Assembly (NCBI RefSeq): GCF_009914755.1
Contig: NC_060928.1
Reading direction: 5' to 3' (one strand)
Length of the DNA stretch: 64,000 bases
Source of the DNA: the human T2T-CHM13v2.0 reference genome, Homo sapiens
A program made the position numbers and the translations under genes. This document shows, in pieces, positions 1 through 15,700 of this stretch (position 1 is its first letter; every line of letters starts with the position of its first letter). The notes beneath the pieces are model-generated. The model saw only the letters and a program-made list of their open reading frames with translations, ran no database searches and had not been told where the DNA came from.

Positions 1-564
1 ATAGTTTTCGTACTTTGATATTTTATGTACAGTATATAGTTTGAGTACTTTCATATTTTATGTACAGTTTTTTATAAATGTTTGTGTGCTTTCATATTTT
101 ATGTACAGTATATAATACATACAAAGGGCACTTTGATATTTTATGTACAGTATATAATACATAGTTTGGGTACTCTGATATTTTATGTACAGTGTATAAT
201 ACATACTTTGGGTACTTTGATATTTTATGTACAATATATAATACATACGTTGGGAACTTTAATATATTATGTATAGTATATAATACATACTTTGGGTACT
301 TTGATATTTTATCTACAGTATACAACACATAGTTTGTGTACTTTGATATTTTATGTACAGTATATAATACATACTTTGGGTACTTTAATATTTTATGTAC
401 AGTATATAATACATACTTTGGGTACTTTCATATTTTATGTACAGTATATAATATAGAGTTTGGTTACTTTGATATTTTATCTACAGCTTATAATACATAC
501 TTTGGATACTTTGATACTTTATGTACAGTATATAATACATACTTTGGGTACTTTGATATTTTAT

Positions 565-712
565 GTACAGTATACAATATATAGTTTGAGTACTTTGATA
601 TTTTATGTGCAGTATAAAATATATAGTTTTGGTACTTTCATATTTTATGTACAGTATATAGTTTGAGTACTTTGATATTTTATGGACAGTTTTTTATAAA
701 TGTTTGGGTGCT
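565..712 (+). repeat. Example of the recurring HSat1A delimiter cassette (two variant 42-mers, a 35-bp unit and a 41-bp unit)
   Basis: TATACAATATATAGTTTGAG unit, then TATAAAATATATAGTTTTGG unit, then a 35-bp unit (632-666, ...GTACAGTATATAGTTTGA) and a 41-bp unit (667-707, ...CAGTTTnTTATAAATGTTTGG). Roughly 75 copies occur between 1 and 47740 by manual count. Confidence 0.9.
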
Positions 713-3700
713 TTCATATTTTATGTACAGTATATAATACATACTAAGTGCATTTTGATATTTTATGTACAGTATATAATACATACTTTGGGTACTTTGA
801 TATTTTATGAGCAGTATATAATACATACTTTGGATACTTTGATATTTTATGTACTGTATATAATACATACTTTGGGTACTTTTATATTTTATGTACAGTA
901 TATAATATATAGTTTGGGTACTTTGATATTTTATGTACGGTATATAATACATACTTTGGGTACTTTGATATTTTATGTATAGTATATAATACATACTTTG
1001 GGTACTTTGATATTGTATGTACAGTATACAATATATAGTTTGAGTACTTTGATATTTTATGTACTGTATAAAATATATAGTTTTGGTACTTTGATATTTT
1101 ATGTATAGTATATAGTTTGAGTACTTTGATATTTTATGTACAGTTTTTTATAAATATTTGGGTGCTTTCATATTTTATGTACAGTATATAATACATACTA
1201 AGCGCACTTTGATATTTTATGTACAGTATATAATACATACTTTGGTTACTCTGATATTTTATGTACAGTGTATAATACATACTTTGGGTACATTGATATT
1301 TTATGTACAATATATAATACATACGTTGGGAACTTTGATATATTATGTACAGTATATAATTCATACTTTGGGTACTTTGATATTTTATGTACAGTATATA
1401 ATACATACTTTGTGTATTTTGATATTTTATGTACAGTATATAATACATACTTTGGCTACTTTGATATTTTATATACAGTATATAATACATACTTTGGGTA
1501 CTTTCATGTTTTATGTACAGTATATAATATATAGTTTGGGTACTTTGATATTTTATCTACAGCTTATAATACATACTTTGGGTACTTTGATATTTTATGT
1601 ACAGTATATAATTCATACTTTGGGTAGTTTGATATTTTATGTACAGTATACAATATATAGTTTGAGTACTTTGATATTTTATGTGCAGTATAAAATATAT
1701 AGTTTTGGTACTTCGATATTTTATGTACAGTTTATAGTTTGAGTACTTTGATATTTTATGTACAGTTTATTATAAATGTTTGGGTACTTTCATATTTGAT
1801 GTACAGTATTTAATACATAATTTGGGCACTTTGATATTTTATGTACAGTATATAATACATACTTTGGGTACTTTTATATTTTATGTACAGTATATAATAC
1901 ATACTTTGGGTACTTTGATATTTAATGTACAGTATATAATACACACTTTGCGTACTTTGATATTTTATGTAAAGCATGTAATACATACTTTGGGCAGTTT
2001 GATATTTTATGTACAGTATGTAATACACACTTTGGGTACTTTGATATTTTATGTACAGTATGTAAAACATACTTTGGGTAGTTTGATATATTATGTACAG
2101 TATATAATACATACTTTGGGTACTCTGATATTTTATGCACAGTGTATAATACATACTTTGGGTACTTTGATATTTTATGTACAGTATATAATACATACAT
2201 TGGGTACTTTGATATATTATGTACAGTATATAATACTTACTTGGGGTACTTTGATATTTTATGTACAGTATATAATACATACTTTGTGTACTTTGATATT
2301 TTATGTACAGTATATAATACATACTTTGGGTACTCTGATATTTTATGTACAGTATACAATATATAGTTTGAGTACTTTGATATTTTATGTACTGTATAAA
2401 ATATATAGTTTTCGTACTTTGATATTTTATGTACAATATATAGTTTGAGTACTTTGATATTTTATGTACAGTTTTTTATAAATGTTTGGGTGCTTTCTTA
2501 TTTTATGTACAGTATATAATACATACAAAGGGCACTTTGATATTTTATGTACAGTATAAAATACATACTTTGGGTACTCTGATATTTTATGTACAGTGTA
2601 TAATACATACTTTGGGTACTTTGATATTTTATGTACAATATATAATACATACGTTGGGAACTTTGATATATTATGTACAGTATATAATACATACTTTGGG
2701 TACTTTGATATTTTATCTACAGTATACAAGACATAGTTTGTGTACTTTGATATTTTATGTACAGTATATAATACATACTTTGGGTACTTTGATATTTTAT
2801 GTACAGCATATAATACATACTTTGGGTACTTTCATATTTTATGTACAGTATATAATATATAGTTTGGTTACTTTGATATTTTATCTATAGCTTATAATAC
2901 ATACTTTGGATACTTTGATACTTTATGTACAGTATATAATACATACTTTGGGTACTTTGATATTTTATGTACAGTATACAATATATAGTTTGAGTACTTT
3001 GATATTTTATGTGCAGTATAAAATATATAGTTTTGGTACTTTCATATTTTATGTACAGTATATAGTTTGAGTACTTTGATATTTTATGTACAGTTTTTTA
3101 TAAATGTTTGGGTGCTTTCATATTTTATGTACACTATATAATACATACTAAGGGCACTTTGATATTTTATGTACAGTATATAATACATACCTTGGGTACT
3201 TTGATATTCTATGTACAGTATATAATATATAGTTTGGGTATTTTGATATTTTATGTACAGTATATAATACATACTTTGGGTACTTTGATATTTTATGTAC
3301 AGTATATAATACATACTTTGGGAACTTTTATATTTTATGTACAGTATGTAAAACATACTTTGGGTACTTTGATATTTTATGTACAGGATATAATGCATAC
3401 TTTGGGTACTTTGATAGTTTATGTACAGTATATAATACATACTTTGGGTACTTTGATATTTTATGTATAGTATAAAATATATAGTTTGGGTACTTTGATA
3501 TTTTATGTACAGTATGTAAAACATACTTTGGGGATTTTGATATTTTATGTACAGTATGTAAAACATACTTTGGGGAGTTTGATATTTTATGAACAGTATA
3601 TAATACACATTTTGTGTACTTTGATATTTTATGTCCAGTATATAATACATACTTTGGGTACTTTGATATTTTGTGTACAGTATAGATTACATACTTTTGG

Positions 3701-6700
3701 TAGTTTGATATTTTATGTACAGTATACAATATATAGTTTGAGGACTTTGATATTTTATGTACTGTATAAACTATATAGTTTTGGTACTTTGATATTTTAT
3801 ATACAGTATATAGTTTGAGTACTTTGATATTTTATGTACAGTTTGTTATAAATATTTTGGTGCTTTCATATTTTATGTACTGTATATAATACATGCTTTG
3901 GGCACTTTGATATTTTATGTACAGTATATAATACATACTTTGGGTACTCTGATATTTTATGTACAGTGTATAATACATACTTTGGGTACTTTGATATTTT
4001 ATGTACAGTATATAATACATACATTGGGTACTTTGATATATTATGTACAGTATATAATACTTACTTGGGGTACTTTGATATTTTATGTACAGTATATAAT
4101 ACATAGTTTGTGTACTTTGATATTTTATGTACAGTATGTAGTACACACTTTGGGTACTTTGATATTTTATGTACAGTATATAATACATACTTTGGGTATC
4201 TTGATATTTAATGTACAGTATATAATGCATACTTTGCGTCCTTTGATATTTTATGTACAGTATATAATGCATACTTTGGGTACTTTGATATTTTATGTAT
4301 AGTGTATAATACATACTTTGTGTAGTTTGATATTTTATGTACAGTATACAATATATAGTTTGAGTACTTTGTTATTTTATGTGCAGTATAAAATATATAG
4401 TTTTCGTAATTGATATTTTATGTACAGAATATAGTTTGAGTACTTTGATATTTTATGTACACTTTATTATAAAAGTTTGGGTACTTTCATATTTTACGTA
4501 CAGTATATAATACATACTTTGGGCACTTTGATGTTTTATGTACAGTATATAATACATACTTTGGGTTCTTTGATATTTTATGTACAGCATATAATACATA
4601 ATTTGGGGACTTTTATATTTTATGTACATTATAATATACATAATTTGGGTACTTTTATATTTTATGTACGGTATATAATACACACTTTGGGTACTTTGAT
4701 ATATTATGTACAGTATATAATACATACTTTGGGTACTTTGATATATTATGTACAGTATATAATACATACTAAGGGTACTTTGACATTTTATGTACAGTAC
4801 ATAATACATACTTTGGGTACTTTGATATTTTATGTACAGTATATAATGCATACTTTGGATACTTTGATATTTTATGTACAGTATATAATACATACTTTGG
4901 GTACTTTGATATTTTATGTACAGTATATAATATATAGTTTGGGTACTTTGATATTTTATGTACGGTATATAATACATACTTTGGGTACTTTGATATTTTA
5001 TGTACAGTATATAATACATACTTTGGGTACTCTGATATTTTATGTACAGTATACAATATATAGTTTGAGTACTTTGATATTTTATGTACTGTATAAAATA
5101 TATAGTTTTCGTACTTTGATATTTTATGTACAGTATATAGTTTGAGTACTTTGATATTTTATGTACAGTTTTTTATAAATGTTTGAGTGCTTTCATATTT
5201 TATGTACAGTATATAATACATACAAAGGGCACTTTGATATTTTATGTACAGTATATAATACATACTTTGGGTACTCTGATATTTTATGTACAGTGTATAA
5301 TACATACTTTGGGTACTTTGATATTTTATGTACAATATATAATACATACGTTGGGAACTTTGATATATTATGTACAGTATATAATACATACTTTGGGTAG
5401 TTTGATATTTTATCTACAGTATACAACACATATTTTGTGTACTTTGATATTTTATGTACAGTATATAATACATACTTTGGGTACTTTAATATTTTATGTA
5501 CAGTATATAATACATATTTTGGGTACTTTCATATTTTATGTACAGTATATAATATATAATTTGGTTACTTTGATATTTTATCTACAGCTTATAATACATA
5601 CTTTGGATACTTTGATACTTTATGTACAGTATATAATACATACTTTGGGTACTTTGATATTTTATGTACAGTATACAATATATAGTTTGAGTACTTTGAT
5701 ATTTTATGTGCAGTATAAAATATATAGTTTTGGTACTTTCATATTTTATGTACAGTATATAGTTTGAGTACTTTGATATTTTATGGACAGTTTTTTATAA
5801 ATGTTTGGGTGCTTTCATATTTTATGTACAGTATATAATACATACTAAGGGCATTTTGATATTTTATGTACAGTATATAATACATACTTTGGGTACTTTG
5901 ATATTTTATGTACGTCATATAATATATAGTTTGGGTACTTTGATATTTTATGTACAGTATATAATACATACCTTGGGTACTTTGATATTTTATGTACAGT
6001 ATATAATATATAGTTTGGGTATTTTGATATTTATGTACAGTATATAATACTTTGGGTACTTTGATATTTTATGTACAGTATATAATACATACTTTGGGAA
6101 CTTTGATATTTTATGTACAGTATGTAAAACATACTTTGGGTATTTTGATATTTTATGTACACTATATAATACATACTATTGGTACTTTGATATTTTATGT
6201 ACATTATACAATATATAGTTTGAGTACTTTGATATTTTATGTCCAGTATAAAATATATAGATTTCGTACTTTGATATTTTATGTACAGAATATAGTTTGA
6301 GTACTTTGATATTTTATGTACACTTTATTATAAAAGTTTGGGTACTTTCATATTTTACATACAGTATATAATACATACTTTGGGCACTTTGATGTTTTAT
6401 GTACAGTATATAATACATACCTTAGGTTCTTTTATATTTTATGTACAGCATATAATACAAAATTTGGGGACTTTTATATTTTATGTACATTATATAATAC
6501 ATACTTTGGGTACTTTTATATTTTATGTACGGTATATAATACATACTTTGGGTACTTTGATGTATTATGTACAGTATATAATACATACTTTGGGTAATTT
6601 GATATATTATGTACAGTATATAATACATACTTAGGGTACTTTGACATTTTATGTACAGTATATAATACGTACTTTGGGTACTTTGATATTTTATGAGCAG

Positions 6701-9700
6701 TATATAATACATACTTTGGGTACTTTGATATTTTATGTACTGTATATAATACATACTTTGGGTACTTTTATATTTTATGTACAGTATATAATATATAGTT
6801 TGGGTACTTTGATATTTTATGTACGGTATATAATACATACTTTGGGTACTTTGATATTTTATGTATAGTATATAATACATACTTTGGGTACTTTGATATT
6901 GTATGTACAGTATACAATATATAGTTTGAGTACTTTGATATTTTATGTACTGTATAAAATATATAGTTTTGGTACTTTGATATTTTATGTATAGTATATA
7001 GTTTGAGTACTTTGATATTTTATGTACAGTTTTTTATAAATATTTGGGTGCTTTCATATTTTATGTACAGTATATAATACATACTAAGCGCACTTTGATA
7101 TTTTATGTACAGTATATAATACATACTTTGGTTACTCTGATATTTTATGTACAGTGTATAATACATACTTTGGGTACATTGATATTTTATGTACAATATA
7201 TAATACATACGTTGGGAACTTTGATATATTTTGTACAGTATATAATACATACTTTGGGCACTTTGATATCTTATGTACAGTATATAATACATACTTTGGG
7301 TTCTCTGATATATTCTGTACAGTGTATAATACATAATTTGGGTACTTTGATATTTTATGTACAGCATATAATACATACGTTGGGTACTTTGATATATTAT
7401 GTACAGTATATAATCCATACTTTGGGTACTTTTATATTTTATGTACAGTATATAATACATACTTTGGTACTTTGATATTTTATGTACAGTATATAATACA
7501 TACTTTGTGTACTTTCATGTTTTATGTACAGTATATAATATATAGTTTGGGTACTTTGATATTTTATCTACAGCTTATAATACTTACTTTGGGTAATTTG
7601 ATATTTTATGTACAGTATATGATACATACTTTGGGTAGTTTGATATTTTATGTACAGTATACAATATATAGTTTGAGTACTTTGATATTTTATGTGCAGT
7701 ATAAAATATATAGTGTTGGTACTTTGATGTTTTATGTACAGTATATATTTTGAGTACTTTGATATTTTGTGTACAGTTTATTATAAATGTTTGGGTACTT
7801 TCATATTTGATGTACAGTATATAATACATAATTTGGGCACTTTGATATTTTATGTACAGTATACAATACATACTTTGGGTACGTTGATATTTTATGTACA
7901 GTATATAATACATAATTTGGGTACTTTGATATTTTCTGTACTGTATATAATGCATACTTTGGGTACTTTGATGTTTTATGTACAGTATATAATACATACT
8001 TAGGGTACTTTGACATTTTATGTGCAGTACATAATACATACTTTGGATACTTTGTTATTTTAAATACAGTATGTAATACATATTTTGGGTACTTTGATAT
8101 TTTATGTACAGTATATAATACAAACTTTGGTACTTTTATATTTCATGTACAGTATATAATATATAGTTTGGGTACTTTGATATTTTATGTACAGTATATA
8201 ATACATAGTTTGGGTATTTTGATATTTTATGTACAGTATATAATACATACTTTGGGTACTTTGATATTTTATGTACAGTATATAATATATAGTTTGGATA
8301 CTTTGATATTTTATGTGCAGTATATAACACATACTTTCGATAGTTGGATATTTTATGTAGAGTATATAATACATACTTTGGGTACTTCGATATTTGATGT
8401 ACAGTATACTATATATAGTTTGGGTACTTTGATATTTTATGTCGGGTATAAAATAAATAGTTTTGGTACTTAGATATTTTATGTACAGTATATAGTTTGA
8501 GTACTTTGATATTTTATGTACAGTTTATTATAAATGGGTGCTTTCATATTTTATGTACAGTATATAATACATACTATGGGCACTTTGATATTTTATGTAG
8601 AGTATATAATACATACTTTGGGTACTTTGATATTTTATGTACAGTATATAATACATAGTTTGGGTACTTTGATATTTTATGTACAGTATATAATACATAC
8701 ATTGGGTACTTTCATATTTCATGTACAGTATATAATATATAGTTTGGGTACTTTGGTATATTATGTACTGTATATAATACATACTTTGAGTACTTTGATA
8801 TTTTATGTACAGTATATAATACATACTTTGTGTACTTTGATATTTTATGTGCAGTATACAATATATACTTTGTGTACTTTGATATTTTATGTCCAGTATA
8901 GAGTATATAGTTTTTGTAGTTTGATATTTTATGTACAGTATATAGTTTGAGTACTTTCACATTTTATATACAGTTTATTATAAATGTTTGGGTGTTTTCA
9001 TATTTTATGTACTGTATATAATACATACATTGGGCAGTTTGATATATTATGTACAGTATATAATACATACTTTGGGTACTCTGATATTTTATGTACAGTA
9101 TATAATACATAATTTGGGTAGTTTGATATTTTATGTACAGTATATAATACATACTATGAGTGCTTTGATATATTATGTACAGTATATAATACATATTTTG
9201 GGTACTTTGATATTTTATGTCCAGTATATAATACATAGTTTGTGTACTTTGATATTTTATGTACAGTATATAATACATATTTTGGGTACTTTGATATTTT
9301 ATGCACATTATATAATACATACTTTGGGTACTTTCTTATTTTATGTACAGTATATAATATATAGTTTGGGTACTTTGATATTTTATCTACGGCTTATAAT
9401 ACATACTTTGGGTACTTTGATATTTTATGTACAGTATAAAGTTTGAGTACTTTGATATTTTATGTACAGTTTATTATTAATGTTTGGGTACTTTGATATT
9501 TTATGTACAGTATATAATGCATAATTTGGGTAATTTGATATTTTATGTACAGTATATAATACATACTTTGTGTATTTTGATATTGTATGTACAGTATATA
9601 ATATATAGTTTGAGTACTTTGATATTTTATGTACAGTATATAACACATACTTTTGGTACTTTGATATTTTATGTACAGTATACAATACATACTTTGGGTA

Positions 9701-12700
9701 CATCCATATATCATGTACAGTATACTATATATAGTTTGGGTACTTTGATATTTTATGTCCAGTATAAAATAAATAGTTTTGGTACTTTGATATTTTATGT
9801 ACAGTATATAGTTTGAGTACTTTGATATTTTATGTACAGTTTATTATAAATGTTTGGGTGCTTTCATATTTTATGTATAGTATATAATACGTACCTTGGG
9901 CACTGTGATATTTTATGTTGAGTATATAATGCATACTTTGGGTACTTTTATATTTTATGTACATTAAGTAATACATAGTTTGGGTACCTTGATATTTTAT
10001 GTACATTATATAATACATACTTTGGGTAAATTGATGTTTTATGTACAGTATATAATACATATTTTGGGTACCTTGATATTTTATGTACAGTATATAATAC
10101 ATACATTGGGTACTTTCATATTTTATGTACAGTATATAATACATACTTTGGGCACTTTGATATTTGATGTTCAGTATATAATGCACACTTTGGGTACTTT
10201 GATATTTTATATACAGTATATAATACATACTTTGGGTACTTAGATATTTTATGTACAGTATACAATATATAGTTTGAGTACTTTGATATTTTATGTGCAG
10301 TATAAAATATGTAGTTTTGGTAATTTGATATTTTATATACAGTATATAGTTTGAGTAATTTGATATTTTATGTACAGTTTATTATAAATGTTTGGTTACT
10401 TTCATATTTTATGTACCGTATATAATACATAATTTGGGCACTTTGATATTTTATGTACAGTATATAATACATACTTTGGGTACTTTTATATTTTATGTAC
10501 AGTATATAATACATACTTTCGGTACTTTGATATTTTATGTACAGTGTATAATATATAGTTTGGGTACTTTGATATTTTATATACAGTATATAATATATAT
10601 TATGTGTACTTTGATATATTATGTACAGTATATAATATATAGTTTGGGTAATTTGATATTTTATGTACAGTATACAATATATAGTATTGGTACTTTGATA
10701 TTTCATGTAAAGTATATAGTTTGAGTACTTTGATATTTTATATACAGTTTATTATAAATGTTTGGGAACCTTCATATTTTATGTATAGTATATGATACAT
10801 ACTTTGGGAACTTTTATTTTATGTGCAGTATATAATACATACTTTGGGTACTTTGATATTTTACGTACAGTATATAATACACACTTTGGGTACTTTGATA
10901 TTTTATGTACAGTATATAATACACACTTTGGGTACTTTGACATTTTATGTACAGTATATAATACATACTTTGGGTACTTTTATATTTTATGTACAGTATA
11001 TAATACATACTTTGGGTACTTTGATATTTTATGTACAGTATATAATACATACTTTGGGTACTTTGATATTTTATGTACAGTATGTAATACATAATTTGGG
11101 TACTTTAATATTTTATGTATAGTATATAATACTTACTTTGGGTACTTTGATATTTTATGGACAGTTTATAATACATACTTTGGGTACTTTGATATTTTAT
11201 GTACAGTATATAACATATAGTTTGGGTACTTTGATATTTTATATACAGTATATAATACATACTTTGGGTACTTTGATATTTTATGTACAGTATATAATAC
11301 AGACTTTGGGTACTTTGATATTTCATGCACAGTATACAATATATAGTTTGAGTACTTTGATATTTTATGTACTGTATAAAATATATAGTTTTGGTACTTT
11401 GATATTTTATGTACAATATATAGTTTGAGTACTTTGATATTTTATGTACAGTTTGTTATAAATGTTTGGGTGCTTTCATATTTTATGTACAGTATATAAT
11501 ACATACTTTGGGCACTTTGATATCTTATGTACAGTATATAATACATACTTTGGGTTCTCTGATATTTTCTGTACAGTGTATAATACATAATTTGGGTACT
11601 TTGATATTTTATGTACAGCATATAATACATACGTTGGGTACTTTGATATATTATGTACAGTATGTAATACATACTTTGGGTACTTTGATATTTTATGTAC
11701 GGTATATAATCCATAGTTTGTGTACTTTTATATTTTATGTACAGTATATAATACATACTTTGTGTACTTTGATATTTTATGTACAGTATATAATACATAC
11801 TTTGGGTACTTTCATGCTTTATGTACAGTATATAATATATAGTTTGGGTACTTTGATATTTCATCTACATCTTATAATACTTACTTTGGGTAATTTGATA
11901 TTTTATGTACAGTATATAATACATACTTTGGGTAGTTTGATATTTTATGTACAGTATACAATATATAGTTTGAGTACTTTGATATTTTATGTGCAGTATA
12001 AAATATATAGTGTTGGTACTTTGATGTTTTATGTACAGTATATATTTTGAGTACTTTGATATTTTGTGTACAGTTTATTATAAATGTTTGGGTACTTTCA
12101 TATTTGATGTACAGTATATAATACATAATTTGGGCACTTTGATATTTTATGTACAGTATATAATACATACTTTGGGTACTTTTATATTTTATGTACAGTA
12201 TATAATACATACTCTGGGCACTTTGATATTTAATGTACAGTATATAATACACACTTTGCGTACTTTGATATTTTATGTAACGTATGTAATACATAATTTG
12301 GGTAGTTTGATATTTTATGTACAGTATGTAGTACACACTTTGGGTACTTTGATATTTTATGTACAGTATGTAAAACATACTTTGGGTAGTTTGATATTTT
12401 ATGATCAGTATATAATACACATTTTGGGTACCTTGATATTTTATGTACAGTATATAATACATACTTTGGGTACTTTGATATTTTATGTACAGTATACAAT
12501 GCATACTTTAGGTACTTTGATAGTTTATGTACAGTATATAATACATACTTTGGGTACTTTGATATTTTATGTACAGTATATAATACATAGTTTGGGTACT
12601 TTGATATTTTGTGTACAGTATATAATACATACTTTGGGTACTTTGATATTTTATCTACAGTGTATAATATATACTTTGGGTACTTTGATATATTATGTAC

Positions 12701-15700
12701 AGTATATAATACATACTTTGGGTACTTTGATATTTTATGTACAGTATATAATACATACTTTGGGTACTTTGATATTTTATGTACAGTATATAATACATAC
12801 TTTCGGTACTTTGATATTTTATGTACAGTATGTAATATATAGTTTGGGTACTTTGATATTTTATGTACAGTATATAATACATACTTTGGGTACTTTGATA
12901 TTTTATGTACAGTATATAATACATACTTTGGGTACTTTGATATTTTATGTACAGTATATAATATATAGTTTGGGTACTTTTATAATTTATGTACAGTGTA
13001 TAACAGATACTTTGGGTACTTTGATATTTTATGTACAGTATATAATACATACTTTGGGTACTTTGATATTTTATGTACAGTATACAATATATAGTTTGAG
13101 TACTTTGATATTTTATGTGCAGTATAAAATATATAGTTTTGGTACTTTCATATTTTATGTACAGTATATAGTTTGAGTACTTTGATATTTTATGTACAGT
13201 TTTTTATAAATGTTTGGGTGCTTTCATATTTTATGTACAGTATATAATACATACTAAGGGCACTTTGATATTTTATGTACAGTATATAATACATACTTTG
13301 GGTACATTGATATTTTATGTACATCATATAATATATAGTTTGGGTACTTTGACATTTTATGTACAGTATATAATACATACCTTGGGTACTTTGATATTTT
13401 ATGTACAGTATATAATATATAGTTTGGGTATTTTGATATTTTATGTACAGTATATAATACATACTTTGGGTACTTTGATATTTTATGTACAGTATATAAT
13501 ACATACTTTGGGAACTTTGATATTTTATGTACAGTATGTAAAACATACTTTGTGTACTTTGATATTTTATGTACAGTATATAATACATACTAGTTGTACT
13601 TTGATATTTTATGTACATTATACAATATATAGTTTGAGTACTTTGATATTTTATGTCCAGTATAAAATATATAGATTTCCTACTTTGATATTTTATGTAC
13701 AGAATATAGTTTGAGTACTTTGATATTGTATGTACACTTTATTATAAAAGTTTGGGTACTTTCATATTTTACGTACAGTATATAATACATACTTTGGGCA
13801 CTTTGATGTTTTATGTACAGTATATAATACATACTTTGGTCACTTTGATATCTTATGTACAGTATATAATACATACTTTGGGTACTCTGTTATTTTATGT
13901 ACAGTGTATAATACATAATTTGTGTACTTTGATATTTTATGTACAGTATATAATACATACGTTGGGTACTTTGATATATTATGTACAGTATATAATACAT
14001 ACTTTGGGTACTTTGATATTTTATGTACAGTATATAATCCATAGTTTGTGTACTTTGATATTTTATGTACAGTATATAATACATACTTTGGGTACTTTGA
14101 TATTTTATGTACAGTATATAATACATACTTTGGGTATTTCATGTTTTATGTACAGTATATAATATATAGTTTGGGTACTTTGATATTTTATGTACGGTAT
14201 ATAATACATACTTTGGGTACTTTGATATTTTATGTACAGTATATAATACATACTTTGGGTATTTTGATATTTTATGTACAGTATACAATATATAGTTTTG
14301 AGTACTTTGATATTTTATGTGCAGTATAAAATATATAGTGTTGGTAGTTTGATGTTTTATGTACAGTATATATTTTGAGTATTTTGATATTTTATGTACA
14401 GTTTATTATAAAAGTTTGGGTACTTTCATATTTGATGTACAGTATATAATACATAATTTGGGCACTTTGATATTTTATGTACAGTATATAATACATACTT
14501 TGGGTACTTTTATATTTTATGTACAGTATATAATACATACTTTGGGTACTTTGATATTTAATGTACAGCATATAATACACACTTTGCGTACTTTGATATT
14601 TTATGTAACGTATGTAATACATACTTTGGGTAGTTTGATATTTTATGTACAGTATGTAGTAGACACTTTGGGTACTTTGATATTTTATGTACAGTATGTA
14701 AACCATACTTTGGGTACTTTGATATTTTATGTACAGTATATAATATATAGTTTGGGTACTTTGATATTTTATATACAGGATATAATACATACTTTTGGTA
14801 CTTTGATATTTTATGTACAGTATATAATACATACTTTGGGTACTTTGATATTTTATGTACAGTATGCAATATATAGTTTGAGTACTTTGATATTTTATGT
14901 ACAGTTTATTATAAATGTTTGGGTAGTTTCATATTTGATGTACAGTATATAATACATAATTTGGGCACTTTGATATTTTATGTACAGTGTATAATACATA
15001 CTTTGGGTAATTTTATATTTTATGTACAGTATATAATACATACTTTGGGTACTTTGATATTTAATGTACAGTATATAATGCACACTTTGCGTACTGTGAT
15101 ATTTTATGTAAAGTATGTAATACATACTTTGGGTAGTTTGATATTTTATGTACAGTATGTAATACACACTTTGGGTACTTTGATATTTTATGTACAGTAT
15201 GTAAAACATACTTTGGGTAGTTTGATATTTTATGATCAGTATATAATACACATTTTGGGTACTTTGATATTTTATGTACAGTGTATAATACATACTTTGG
15301 GTACTTTGATATTTTATGTACAGGATATAATGCATACTTTGGGTACTTTGATATTTTATGTACAGTATACAATATATAGTTTGAGTACTTTGATATTTTA
15401 TGTACAGTATGTAAAACATACTTTGGGGAGTTTGATATTTTATGTACAGTATGTAAAACATACTTTGGGGAGTTTGATATTTTATGAACAGTATATAATA
15501 CACATATTGTGTACTTTGATATTTTATGTACAGTATATAATACATACTTTGGGTACTTTGATATTTTATGTACATTATATAATACATACTTTGGGTACTT
15601 TGATATTTTATGTACAGTATACAATATATAGTTTGAGTACTTTGATATTTTATGTACTGTATAAAATATATAGTTTTGGTACTTTGATATTTTATGTACA

